DNA of 64,000 nt from Carcharhinus longimanus (GCA_030264375.1 JASCQW010000098.1:55354292-55418291), one strand, 5' to 3'. Positions 1 to 12,539 are shown, numbered from the stretch's first letter. The notes: generated by a model from the letters alone, not told the origin. Numbers and translations are program-made.

Positions 1-590
1 AGCAGAGTAGGCCACCCAGCCCTTCGAGCCTGCTCTGCCGTTCATTTTAATCATGGATGATCATCAAATTCAATATCCCGCCTCCCCCCGCATAGCCTTT
101 GATCCCTTTAACCCACAAGAGCTATATCTAATTTCTTCTTGAAATCGCATAACATTTTGGCGTCAACTTCTTTCTGTGCTAGTGAATTCCACAAATTCAC
201 CACTCTTCTAAATTCCAATGATCATAATCCCAAGCAATTTAGTCTCTCCTCATATGTCAGATGTGCCATCCCAGGAATCAGCCTAGTAAAGCTTCTCTGC
301 ACTCCCTCGAAAGCAAGAACATCCTTCCTCAGATAAGGACAAGAAAACTGCACACCTCACCAACACCTTATACAACGGTAGCAAAACATCCCTTATTCCA
401 ATACTCAAATTCTCTAGCTATAAAAGCCAACATATCATTTGCCTCCTTTACCACCTGCTATATCTGTGTGCTTACTTTCAGCAACTGATGTGTGAGGAAA
501 CCACGGTCTTGCTGAGGATCTACCTCTCTCAATTTACACCCATTCAAATAATAATCTGCCTTCCTACTATTACTACCAAAGTGGATATGC
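1..590 (-). mobile_element. CR1/HER1-like LINE, 3' end fragment
   Basis: Starts with the CR1-type tail (agtaggccacccagcccttcgagcctgc) also seen at 12570, 22750 and 31240. Minus-strand translation HFGSNSRKADYYLNGCKLREVDPQQDRG resembles CR1 ORF2 C-terminal region. Confidence 0.8.
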
Positions 591-905
591 CGCCCACCAT
601 CTACAAGGCACATGTCAGGAGTGCGATGCAATCCTCCCCACTTGACTGGATGGGTGCAGCTCCAACAACATTCAAAAGGCTTGACGCCACCCCAGGACAA
701 AGCAGCTTCCGCAGATCACCTCGAAAATGGATTCCCTCTTTCATCATACACAGTGGCAGCAGTGTGTACTGTATAAGATGCATTGGAGGAACTCACCGTG
801 GATCCTTTGACAACACCTTTCAGACTAACAATCTCAACAATCGAGAAGGACAAGGGCAGCAGATACCTGGGCACACCACCATCTGGAGGTTCCCCTCCAA
901 CTCAC
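590..905 (+). mobile_element. LINE ORF2 C-terminal fragment (L2/Crack/CR1-group like)
   Basis: Translation TIYKAHVRSAMQSSPLDWMGAAPTTFKRLD resembles the post-RT motif IYKAxVRSxMEYxxxxW; degenerate. Confidence 0.65.
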
Positions 906-911
906 CAACAC

Positions 912-1125
912 AAGAACAGTTTCTTCCCTGCTACCATCAGACTTTTGAATGGACCTACTTCACATTAAGCTGATCTTTCTCTACACCCTAGCTATGACAG
1001 CAACACTACATTCTGCACTCTCTCATTTCCTTCTCTATGAATGGTATGCTTTGTCTGTATAGCACGCAAGAAACAATACTTTTCACTTTGATAATAAAAT
1101 CAAATCAAAATCAAATCAAATCAAA
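912..1125 (+). mobile_element. Rex1/Babar-like LINE 3' end with (AATCA)n tail
   Basis: Translation KNSFFPATIRLLN, then a 3' UTR and aaatcaaatcaaa tail. Similar to copies at 17640, 26990, 10050(-) and 41024(-). Confidence 0.8.
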
Positions 1126-1994
1126 AGACAAATATTTTCAGCATTGTAAGATTTTATGCACATTTATTGTTACACACGTAGTTTGACGAACTCAGCAAAA
1201 TCTAATATCAATATATAACTGTGGATAATGATAATTGCCAATAAAGTAGTGAATAGGCAATGGCCATGTTACTTTCCAAGATTGCAACTTTGTTGTTTTT
1301 TTTCTTGTGCTAGAATGTTTAACCAGGATAAAATGTTATGTAAATAAATGCGAGTAACTATCGTTAGCCAAATTTCTGATGCCTTCTGAGTGCCTTGCCC
1401 AGTGCTGCTTTGTGCATTTTTGCTAAGTGTGACCATAGCTGCGTCAAAAAGGCAATCAGTATTAACTAAAATCCGGGAACATCCACTTGTATGAGTTTTA
1501 GTAGCTTGATAGAACTTTTAAAAAAACTTAATTGCACATTCAGGAACCCTTAATAAAAATAATGAATCCTACCTCGACAACGTCAACATTAATCTTAATT
1601 CACAGATCTCCAACACTAGGACAGGCGACAATCTGAATGTTTATTTCAACTTGGTATTTCCCCCTTTAGTTCATAGACACACACTTATCGGAAGCAATAC
1701 TATTCCTTTTCTGCAATAAAATCATATTACTTACTCACGAAAAGAAAAACGGGGGAAAGGTCTGGGGGATTTCTTTTGACATTTCCTACAATTAAATGCT
1801 CAAAGAATGTAACTGCTCTCCGGCCTCTATTTTCTACACGGTGACAGATTAATGTATTGTATGCTATACCAATTATTGTCTTTATTAGCTGTTTGGTTGT
1901 TCAGTTCAGGGAGATCTTCCTGGTCAGATTTGCCTAGCGATGAGCAATGTGCCAGTGAAGGATTGCCAAGCTATCAATCTCCCTGGCTTTGACT

Positions 1995-3300
1995 TTCTCA
2001 GACGTGCTGGTTCACAGAGAACGTGCGCCGCTTGCTTTTTTTCAATATAAGGAAGAGCATCGCAGCCAAATGTGGACATAAATAACGGAATTTCTCACGA
2101 TCAGGGTTAAAAATGGTAACGGGCGGTGTACTATTGACGGTGTTTTCAGCCGCCCCGAGTCTCCCCCGTTCAGCGGCGGAATTGACCTGCATCCTGGCGG
2201 CCCCCAGTGTTTCCAGGGGGCGAATGTGTGCCGCCCGGGTCGATTGTGTGTAATTACCCAATAGAGATGGTCAGGGTCTCTGCTCCGGGAGCACTGGTCC
2301 TCACTGGCACACACTGCTCGCTTAGTATGCGTGTCACATCGCACTGCCCATAGGAGGCAGCTGATGATGTGTGTGTGAGAGTGTGTGAGAGAGCTTTAGT
2401 GCACATACTTGGGAGCTGCTTTAGGAGAGCAGCAGCCGCAGTCAGACAGCGCGCTGCCTCTCTCAAACCCCACTCACCAGAAACTCCTCACCGCCCGGAG
2501 GAACAGCAAAGCAGCGCCAGTCTCAACCTGACACAGACCCTGTGAAGAGGTGCTGGCACATCTGGTGACTCCAGATGTGCTCAACAGTGACCTATTGACA
2601 AAGATACCACCAGAGCCTCAGCAACACTGATATTAGAAGACAGATTTGGGGGAAGGTTTGCCAGCCACGGGAAGACTCAACAGTTTAACACAGGTATGTG
2701 AGTGCCGTGTTCTCGAATTCAATGTTAATCGGATGGTTCAATGTGCAGACCTGTCGGTCTCATGTGGGCTTGGGACATGTTTTTGTAACCGACATTAAAT
2801 GGCACATTCATGTCGTGTCTTTTCTTGGACGAGTCTGTTATTATTCCGCCCCCCTCCCGCCCCTCACCCACCCGCCCAGTATGAAAACAAGAGTGGGACT
2901 TTAGTGCCAGCGTGAGACTCGCTGGGACTTTGATGGAATGTTTTAAATGTTGGGGATAGCAATAATCGTGGGCAAATGAAAACGTTTTCACCATTTCAAT
3001 AAGTTGTCCATGTTTATTACTGCAATTTACACAAAAATGCCTCTCTCCCTCAGTTGTTTTTGATTTAATGTTCCTATTTCTAAAACAAGCGCGACCGTGT
3101 GATGTTTCACAGTTTGAGAGTGGAGTTAATGTGCCCACTTGCAGGCTTGTAAATAGCACATGTTTCAGAGCGCATCCCCTCCCCCGTGTGAAGACGCATG
3201 TATTACCAAAAAGACGCCGAATGCACCCATCCCCTAACACTGGTCAATAATTGTTTACCTGCGGCAAGGTCATCAAAGAAACTGGGATGCCTCCGTCAGC
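1995..3300. promoter_or_regulatory. CpG island / likely promoter
   Basis: Strong local CpG enrichment in an otherwise depleted window; GC boxes (gggcgg 2121, ccgccc 2231), CCAAT 2258-2262, and a GT/GA-repeat tract at about 2367-2394. Confidence 0.75.
2350..2693 (+). other. Probable non-coding first exon (5' UTR) of an unidentified gene; start approximate
   Basis: Lies in the CpG island downstream of CCAAT/GC boxes and ends in CAG|GTATGT (intron from 2694). ATGs at 2364/2367 and 2575 stop within a few codons, so no CDS crosses the donor. Confidence 0.55.
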
Positions 3301-5482
3301 TAGAAGAGAGACTCCAACATGCAGCATCCTCCGGGCTGTCATCTCATCTGTCAGTTTCCGAGGTTTATTTCCAGTTAGGACAGAAACTTTTCAGGTCACA
3401 TTGGATCTCTCCTGTACAAGAACAATTCATTATTTCTGGGAAGTATAGTGTAGAATTCATGAAGTGCCAATATTTAATGCAACTCCCAAACCACATCCCA
3501 ATAATCCTTTCATTGCCACTCTCAATTTGTCAAAGAACAAACCAGTAGAAAGTATTAAGCATGACCTACCGTTTTGTAATATTTTCTCCAGGAAATAAAT
3601 CTGTTCAAGTCGCTGTTGCATTACATTTCTCAAAATTATGATTGAAAGTGGTTATCTACGGAAACTATGAGCACGTGCATGTCCGATGTGGTCACACATG
3701 TTTTATGAAATGCACTGGTTAACATTTTATTCGTACAGTGACTTTAATAGTGAAATTGACACTTAAACCAACACTAATAAACAAGCAAAACTTATCACTC
3801 TCGTGTCTGATAGAAACTTCTAGTCCAATGACCGGAATATCCAAATGCAACGTAACAGATATTTACCCACAACTTTGGTGTAGAGTGTTATACAAAATTC
3901 ATGTTTTAGAATGTGCCATGTATGCACATGTGCGGTAAGTCAATGGTAAGGTTTGTAGCTTTCATTCAATGCTGACATCCTGTAATGAAGTTTCCCCCAC
4001 TCCATGGAAAGCCGATACACGCCAAAACTTCCTTAAGAGATGTTTGCACAGACATAAACTATCACAGTTTAATAGGAGGCAACGTTTGGATAAGTTTTAG
4101 ATTGCCTGAGGTACAATTAAATCGTTGTGAATTAGTGGCTTTGTTTTAGGCTGATTTATTCTGACAGTGTTTCATTTCATAACACACTATTCCTTGGGAT
4201 ACTTTAAATATTGCTTTATGCCTCAACATGAAGACATCAGAAAATAATTGTACTGCAATTTTCAACAGTAACTTCCAATTATGATTTGATCACCTGTCAT
4301 TATTCCTCCAAAACAACATCCCTGTGCTCCTTATTTCAATAATCAATACTTGTTGGTGTGCTGCATGTACAATTCTACTTTCATTATTTGCAGAATCAAA
4401 TCTCAGTAGTTCAGCAGACAATCTATGCTTTCTTTACTCCAATGAATACTAAGTGTTCAATTAGATTGTGTATGAATTCAATTTAGCAATCGTGACTGGT
4501 CAATAAATAAACTTCCCTCCTCTAGTGGTCAGGCTGAATTCTGTGAAGAGAGTTGGTATTGAAGCTGTTCCTATGCATTAGCACTTTTCAACNNNNCAGG
4601 CAACATCTGAATATAAATAAGGGGAAAGAAAATATTCTATCAACAGAAAGTTGCAAAAACAATCTAGACAATAGGTTTAGATATGTAGATCCTTTTTTAA
4701 AAAATCAGCTTATTATAATAGACTTAATCATATAGCTGTAAGCACTTTATTGCATCTTGTTGGAGATTATCACTTCAGTGCAGAGAGGACTCCTGCTGAT
4801 CATTGGGTCCGATTTGCAACAACTCAAAGAAATTGAATTTCTTTGTACATGTCTCAACTATTTTTCTATAAGCAATTGTTTTTAAGATCTGGAAAGACAT
4901 GATACGAATTATATCCAGTTTCTTGTTTCTGTGGTTTAGAAAGTTTCATCCATCTACAAATATCCACTTTGCTGTAGCAGAAAGCTACAAATTAAGATGG
5001 TTCAAAACAGATGCAAGTATTTTCAATTCATTTGTTTAGTTTTCCTGTCGCACAGAGAGTGAAAGAAAAGGTATTGCATCTATATTGCTAAGACTGAAGG
5101 ATAATATAAATTGGTGAAATATTTTATAGTTTGAATTTGCACTGTCTTGAGTAATATTTCATTTAGAATGAAACCTTTATAAAGTTGATAACATATAAAA
5201 AATGCATTTATTGGATTTGAATTTTTTTTTTCCAACAAGTTAGTGTTTGAGTTTCCTTCCCCCCTCTCTATCATTGCCTCCTACTTTCACGGTATGCTTT
5301 TCACAAATCAGGTGATATGGTCTGGTCTGCGGCTATCTGTGTGAACATCATCAATTTCTCTCATGCTGGTTGACATGGGGTATCTCCATGCTGAACTTTC
5401 CATTCCACAATCTGGCTGAGGACCAATGTTGGTTAACAATGGAATCTGCTTTGTATTCTCAAAATGGAAGATGTGTATTCAA

Positions 5483-5525
5483 AGAGCTCTGATGAAGGGT
5501 CACCCAGACTCGAAACGTTGGCTCT
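5483..5525 (+). ncRNA. Minimal type I hammerhead ribozyme motif
   Basis: Stem I agagct(5483-88)/ggctct(5520-25); CTGATGA 5489-95; stem II gggtc/gactc; GAAA 5512-15; palindromic ACGT stem III; UH site at 5518-19. Confidence 0.7.
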
Positions 5526-5610
5526 ATACTCTCTCCACAGATGCTGTCAGACCTGCTGAGTTTCTCCAGCATTTTGTGTTTTTGTTTCAAATTCCAGCAT
5601 CCACAGTATT
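5483..5610 (+). mobile_element. Penelope-like element end (pLTR fragment), family 1
   Basis: Hammerhead motif followed by ctctctccacagatgctg..agacctgctgagtttctccagcatt; related copies at 46205 and 63732. Confidence 0.65.
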
Positions 5611-8600
5611 TATTCAGAGCTTGAGAATTATTAATCACCATGAATTAGCATGGTTGCAAAATACTCTATTTTGTGACAATTTGAGACATCTTGTAAGCAA
5701 ATTCAGTAATTTAGGCACTTTTAACAGAAAAATGGATAGAATTGTAAAATCAGATCCAGAAAACACTAGTTTAAAATCCACAAATCTTGTAATAAAAACA
5801 AAATTTGACTTGTACAATCATACACCAATTTCCTTAATAGTAAATGGACTGAATCGTGAAAGAAAAAGTATTGCATCTATACTGCCAAAACTGAAGAATA
5901 ATATGCATTTGTGAAATACATTATAGTTTGAATTTGCATTTTCTTGAGGAATATTTCTTTTAAAATTAAGATCCTACAACCTCATGTAATAAAATGGAAC
6001 TTGACCCATTCACTCTTTGGTAAGCAACAATTGATTATGAGTAAAGTGCACAGGATTGTTTCAAGGAAAAGTAAGAACCAATGGGAGGAGAATGCACGTG
6101 CTCCATGCCCATGAAGTACACTCACTCAGATTCCTCTCTGTTCCTTTCATATTGAACAGAAATGAAAGTGCCATCTTGGAATGTATCTATTTCATAATAG
6201 AATACAAAAAAATTGAAGCAGTTTGTCTATTACACCAATTGTGTTAGTGACGTTTATTACAGTTTGTTGAATTTTATAAAACAACTCAATAATGAAAAAT
6301 ACGTGTAGTGTGTGTATGTTGTAAATACTTTTAACAGTGTTTGTGTTTTATGGGTTACATAGCATCATTATATTGTAAATTCATGGATGCATCTTTAGAT
6401 TCCATAAGTTCCTCTGAATAAAACATTATTCTGCACTTCATATTTCTTCAAGGTCTTCCAGTAATCTATGCCTTTTCTATGCAAGAAAACTTGGTTATGA
6501 CCAAAGACCCTCTCTTATAATCCTGTATAAGCTAAGTCAATATGTTAGGACTTCTCATGTTATTATTTTACTGCAACCAAGTATTAGGTGAAAATATGTA
6601 GCCTAACACTTGTTTCTTATAAGTATATCACTTGTGGAATTGACCAAGACCACTGTTTTGCAGAAGAACTGAGCAGGCTGGCAATGGGCAACCTTGACTT
6701 TGTTTCTCAGGAAGCACATGGTCAAACAGCAGACATGATGGCTCTCTATTGCTGCATCCCTCATTCAAGGTGACCTGAGCAGCTGCTGGAGGGAAATTAT
6801 TCACGGTTTATATATTTAAGATGACATGAGACTCCTTTGAGACTTAATTATTGAATTGGAGCAGAATAAGTTTATTTGGAAATAACTGATACCTGACAAC
6901 TTAATGGCCCATCCACTTTACAGAGTAATTGCTGCTCAGTTTGAAATAAAGAAGTAACACATTATTCTATTTAACATTGTGTAGAAGAAAGTGGAAACAT
7001 TATTTTTGTGTATCTCCACATTGAAACTGCCCTGTAATTGATTCAATGCATTGAGAGGTTAAATGAAGATAAAGTTGGTCAAAAAATAATCCTACCCTAA
7101 AAAAGATAGATAAAATCCAAGGTTCAGAACTCTCATGGTAACTATTAAGGAAGCTTTAGGTCTAAGTGCCCCAGTACTGAAGAATAATGAGTCCATTGCA
7201 TTATCAAAGAGGAAGCCCAAAACACCAAAGGAGTTTAGTTAGAGGATTCCTGATTAAAATTGACATGTATGTATATGAAAGGTGGGAGACTTGGAAGATC
7301 TATCTGAAGGAAACTGAATATGAAATTTAAGACGTGTTCAACTGGGATTCATAGTGCCAACTGTGGAAAGATCCAGCCACAAGGACTTCTCTTATTGATG
7401 ACCAGAAACTTTCTTTCTGATGGTTCTTGTATGTCTCAAGAAAGGAAATGATCAGGAATCAGTTAGCTACTGAACTAGGTTGTAAACCAGGAAAAATACT
7501 TACTTTATTGGATTCAGCCGACAATGAATCCATTTCAGTATAAGGAACAGTAACTAATACTGTTGGAACAAACAACTCAACTTATTGAAATGTACTGATG
7601 GTCCTGTAGGGTAATATTTTGCAGCATTTCACTAGCCCAAATCACTGGTTGGAGGGGCAATATGGGCAGAAACATTGTTAATATGTTGCCTACAAATGAA
7701 AACAAGCACATACCTGGAAACATCAGGGTAAATTTTTGTCTTCATTCTCTGGCTGTTTGTTGGCAAAGTGGATTGCTTCACCCTTTACAGGATCTGGCTG
7801 ATTTTCAATCAGTTGATTTCATTGGAATAAAGATCAGATAGGTTTTCTGAATGACATCACATCCACCCTCACCAGGTTATTGCCAAGTTGCAAAGTTGAA
7901 AATCTACCCGATAGTACAATTGGAGGGAAGTTTTGAATAAGAGCTGTCGTCTTCATGTCACCAGTATAAGTCTTGGACTGCAATGATCAGCTCCGATAAT
8001 GAAGCAATGTCTGAACCATGGCTAGATCTTTCAAATATAAGTCAAATCAGTGTGCAGGATATAAGAAAGACTTTTTATTTTGCCCATGTGGAGGGAAGGG
8101 GGAAAACAGTAGAAAGGTTGGTGTTCAGGATTGTTTTGACTGTAGGTAAGAATCAATCCAAATAAAAAGCGAGGTAAGAGTGCATAACATTACTTTTTTT
8201 GGAAAGTCCATATTCAGTGGTGAAAATGCTTGCATCTTGCTTGAAGAAATAGTCTCCCCCACTGGAACACATGAGCAACAGAGAACAATATTGGTAATTC
8301 CACACAATAGTGAATGCTGTTACAAATATGTTTCCTGCTTCTTGCAAAAATAACAATGGAGGAAACAAAGACAATTAATAATCTAGAGAGGAATAATAAA
8401 TGACAGATCTGGGTGGTGAAGGCCTTTGTGCTATGTGGCAAAATGTGACAGGAATAGGCTTCTTCATCCATGTGGATGGATAAAGTGGACAGACATGCTG
8501 AAAAAAAACTGTTGAATACACTTACGAGGAGGTCTCCAAAACAATCCCATTACTCTCAATAATATGCTACCAGTTAAATTAATCTCAGAAATGGTGTAGC

Positions 8601-8654
8601 AAGCCATTCATTCACATCAAACCATGACAGAGAAAAATCACTGTTGGTGAACTT

Positions 8655-8770
8655 ACATGATTCAGGAAGGTGGCTCGCCATTGTATCCTCAAGGGTGTTT
8701 AGGAGTGGACAACAAGTGTTGGCTTGGCTGGCAACCCATGCATTCCAAGAATGGATAAACAAAAACAAAA
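8655..8770 (+). mobile_element. LINE/SINE 3' tail (same tail family as 51950-52025)
   Basis: caacaagtgttggcttggctggcaacccatgcattccaagaatggataaa resembles gggcaacaaatgctggccagtcagcgacacccatgttccacaaatgaataaa. Confidence 0.5.
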
Positions 8771-10044
8771 CCGACTAGAAATGAACAGCAAAATGTTGAG
8801 AAGGCATTGAAAATGAAAATGTCTGCTACCCATCATTTAGGCAAACATTTTCAGACTGGAAATTAATGCAGAAAACCATTTTGAATGGTCATTAAAAATG
8901 AGTGCATAAAGGTCACTGATTAGTTTTCAATGGTGTTATAAGGATGGGAGGAGAATAAACATTCTGCTGAAGAACAGTGCCAAAATACCTGCCGTGGTTG
9001 GTAAGTAGGATTCTATTTTAAGATAAACATATTCTTGGTAATTCAAAACCTAATTCTGTTTCTAAGAAATGATCCTACTGATGCCAAAAGTATCAGGGAG
9101 TGTGCTGATATTGGCAGCCTTACAATGGTTCTTTAGGTTGTTGTGAAATATGAATTTGATGTTTTGGAGTTGTACGGAGTAAAGAACAGGCTGAATTTTA
9201 GTTCTATAACAATGGGAAAACCGTATTTGTTCTGTACTCAAATATATTTCACATACACATTATGTAGTGTGGGGAAAAGCCACATGCATCTTTAGAAAGA
9301 TCTATTGCCTGCCCCAGTGCCCCATGCAATCCTCATGGAAGCAGGTGGAAGTCAAATCTAGGATTTTATCTAGAATGTAAATTCAAGCTCCAAGGTCTGT
9401 GCAAAGTAGATGAAAAAAACACAATGCTAAATCTCTCTTACTTAGAAGGAGTGAGGAAAGGTTGCCCACTGGTACCTTGTTGTAGATAAGATTACATTGA
9501 TTTTTCAGCTGGGGGTCTAGTGAGCCCTGGAGCTTTAATCACAATGTTAAACGTTGGGTTAACTATTGGAATACAGCAGTGGGTGCTTCTAACTGTGGTG
9601 TTATTGCTTAAATGCATGACTCAAGAAGGGGTCAAAAGGTATTGATTTGAACAAACTAATCACATCTGACTCAGTTGTTTATTTATATGGTACTTGAGAT
9701 CCTGGAGGATGCGATCTTCACCCAGAATATAGGACCATGCAGAGATGATTTTAGATTGGTCCGCATTGAGGTTAATGTTGTGGCACGTATGATTTACTCA
9801 GCTTCATTTTATATTTACAGAATCATCTGGGGCCATGTTTTCCTGGGTTTTAGCCTGAACTTGAGTTCTGCGCAGAGATGGGGGTAGCATTGTTGTTGTT
9901 GGGGGCTGTCATTCTGAGGCCAGGAAGCAAGGAAACACGGGTTTCCAGAATGTCCTGCAGCATTCAACTATGTGGGGCCTTGTAAATTGTGTTCATCCCA
10001 AAAGGCAGCCTGAGTGACAAGCTGGAGGTTCTGGTGCAGCCCTT

Positions 10045-10468
10045 TTTTTGATGTGATTTATTATTGTCATATATATTAACATACAGTAAAAAGTATTGTT
10101 TCTTGTGCACTATACAGACAAAACATACTGTTCAAAGAGAAGGAAACAAGAGAGTGCAGAATGTAGTGTTACAGTCATAGCTAGGGTGTAATGCAAGGTA
10201 AGCCCATTCAAAAGTGTGACAGCTGCAGGGAGGAAGCTGTTCTTGAGTTGGTTGATACGTGACCTCAGACTTTTGTATCTTTTTCCTGAAGGAAGAAGAT
10301 GGAAGAGAGAATGTCCGGCGTGCATGGGGTCCTTAGTATGCTGGCTGCTTTGCTGAGGCAGCGGGAAGTGTAAACAGAGTCAATGGATATGAGGCTGGTT
10401 TGCGTGATGGATTGGGCTACATTGACAATGTTTTGTAGTTCCTTGTGGTCTTGGGCAGAGCAGGAACC
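10045..10468 (-). mobile_element. Rex1/Babar-like LINE 3' fragment
   Basis: Minus ORF HAGHSLFHLLPSGKRYKSLRSRINQLKNSFLPAAV; matches other copies in the window. Confidence 0.85.
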
Positions 10469-10979
10469 CTATTGGGAAGCCCAGGGTTGAAGCCCAGGAG
10501 AATTGCTCTGTACATCAGTCTATTGGATGGGTGAGAGAAATCTATGAGGAGAGGTGGTTCTAGGTCATGTGGTAGGTCCATACCTCNNNNNNNNNNNNNN
10601 NNNNNNNNNNNNNNNNNNNNNNNNNNNNNNNNNNNNNNNNNNNNNNNNNNNNNNNNNNNNNNNNNNNNNNNNNNNNNNNNNNNNNNCCATACCTCATTGG
10701 GAGAGATGGTGGGTTATATGGTAGCCCTGATCTGGGTTGATGGGGGTGATGGGGTGCTCAGAAGATGGCCAAAGTGGATTGTTGCACCGCAGATTTGTAT
10801 TTGCATTACATGTTTTTACTTGCTCTTATGTTCACTATTTTCATGTTTTATGCAGTTCATTATTATTTACATTGTACTATTCAATTAGGGTATTTGATAC
10901 ACGTAGATTTGTTGTTCTAAATTTCTCTGATTGCCTTCAAATAATACAAATATTGGCCAAAATCTTCTGTCCTTGTGCG

Positions 10980-11086
10980 TGGCCGGAATTTTCCAGTGCT
11001 GCTGAGAGTGAATGGCTGGGACATCAAAATTTTTGTTTTTACTTGCAACTGGCCCTAGCATAGACAAGGCGGGAGAATCCTGCCCA
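10980..11086. mobile_element. Short MITE with Harbinger-like TIRs
   Basis: Left ggccggaattttcc and right gggagaatcctgccc form an imperfect inverted pair like other TIRs in the window. Confidence 0.5.
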
Positions 11087-12072
11087 TAACTCAATTATAA
11101 CGTGAACAATTACTTTATTTTAAAATTTAAAGTCTAATAGAACAAGTTACTTTGGTTCCAAATTTCTAATTTCAGGTCAATTATGAAAAATGCATCAAAA
11201 GCATCCAAAAGTCAATGGACCAGATTTTGCAGTCAGATTTGAAGCAATAGCATTTGTTGCTGGACTTGAAAAAAGCGCTCGCATAGATGTACTGGTTTCT
11301 GTATCATAGATTTTCCTTTTCTAAATATCACTTCAAATCTGACACCAAGACAATGAGATCTCCTTGTGTGTAGCTAATAAGATCAAATAAGATAAACAGC
11401 CAATCGCATGTAAGTATTCTCACAGACAGCAAATCAGGAAGTTAAATGTTTTACCCTTCATTTTTCATTACAATTGTCATATAGCTAAATAAGTCATGAT
11501 TAGGCTAAAATAGAAGCTTTTAAAGAAAACCTAACAAAATATGGATTTATCACAATGGATGAATTTGTCATTTCACAAATGTAAAATTAGCTTCTCAGGG
11601 CCAGGAAGGGCATTTAGCAATAATTATGAAGTTAGCATGCCATTAAAAATAACTTGCTGAACTTCATTCAACAAGGTATAATTTTTTCAAGAATTTTTGC
11701 AGATTGATTGGAAAGATTGAAGTTCTCATCAATTGATAGTTTGCCCATTGATTGCATTTTGGAGCTCCTCAACTGTTTAGAGCAGTACAGGCTAACAAAC
11801 AACAATTTCTGGGTTTTGTATTATTCCTTGCACATGTAGATTCCCAATTTGTCAGTCTCAGAGAAGTAATGACAGGGAAAGCAGAGTTTCGACATCATTA
11901 TCAGCATAAAAACCTGGGAAAGCCAACATTTTCTTCTGACAGAATGTTTACAGAGGTAAAAGAAACACAAAAACCCCTTCAAAAACATTCAATCTGTCAC
12001 AATTTTCTTTTCATGCATTTGTGTGTTTCGTTTTTCCCCTGCAGTATATATAGCATGGATCACAGCATAAAT

Positions 12073-12380
12073 GGATGGCACGCTGGCACAATGATTAGCA
12101 CTGCTGCCTCACAGCACCAAGAACCTGGGTTCAATTCTGGCTTGAGTCACTGTCAGTGTGGAGTTTGCACAATCTCCCCATGTTTGCATGGGTTTCCTCC
12201 AGGTGCCCCGGTTTCCTCCCACATTCACAAAGATGTCCTGGTTAGTTGCATTGTCCAAGCTAAATTCTACCTCAGTGCACCTGAACAGGCAGTAGAGTGT
12301 GGCGACTGGGGGATTTCCACAGTAACTTCATTGCAATGTAAGGTTACTTATCACACCAGTAAATAAAATTTAAATTTTAA
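12073..12380 (+). mobile_element. HE1-like tRNA-derived SINE, tail type A
   Basis: Head tggcacaatgattagcactgctgcctcacagc, B box ggttcaattc; tail ggcgactgggggatttccacagtaacttcattgc...aaataaa. Confidence 0.85.
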
Positions 12381-12539
12381 ACATTGACCTTTGTTGCCTC
12401 AAAAAATTCTTCAACAAACAGGAGTTGACTTATATGCCAAGATATAATGTAAACCATTGGGCTTAGTGTCAGTGGTTGTCATTTTTAAATACGAAAACAA
12501 ATAACACAGGTAATTCAAATGCTATCAATGTGTTCGGGA

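Larger units (their letters stand above)
5059..5957 (+). repeat. Diverged 102-bp direct repeat (5059-5160 and 5856-5957)
   Basis: gtgaaagaaaa(g/a)gtattgcatctata...tatagtttgaatttgca...aatatttc occurs twice, colinear. Confidence 0.85.

Noticed and set aside
2430-2456. REST/NRSE-like site (cagacagcgcg)
   Set aside because: Only a partial right half-site; left half TCAGCACC absent.
3592-3934. Possible internal exon (ttttctccag acceptor, GTAAGT donor at 3935)
   Set aside because: Splice-like sites only, no sizeable reading frame spanning it; cannot be supported without RNA data.
6664-6769. Possible exon with ATG (MGNLDFVSQEAHG...)
   Set aside because: Weak polypyrimidine tract, weak donor (AG|GTGACC) and no recognisable protein.
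12073-12145. tRNA gene
   Set aside because: A/B boxes are SINE heads that run into SINE bodies; no complete cloverleaf.
11752-12366. 204-aa ORF, the longest without gaps
   Set aside because: Non-ATG start; its second half is an HE1-like SINE; no recognisable domain.
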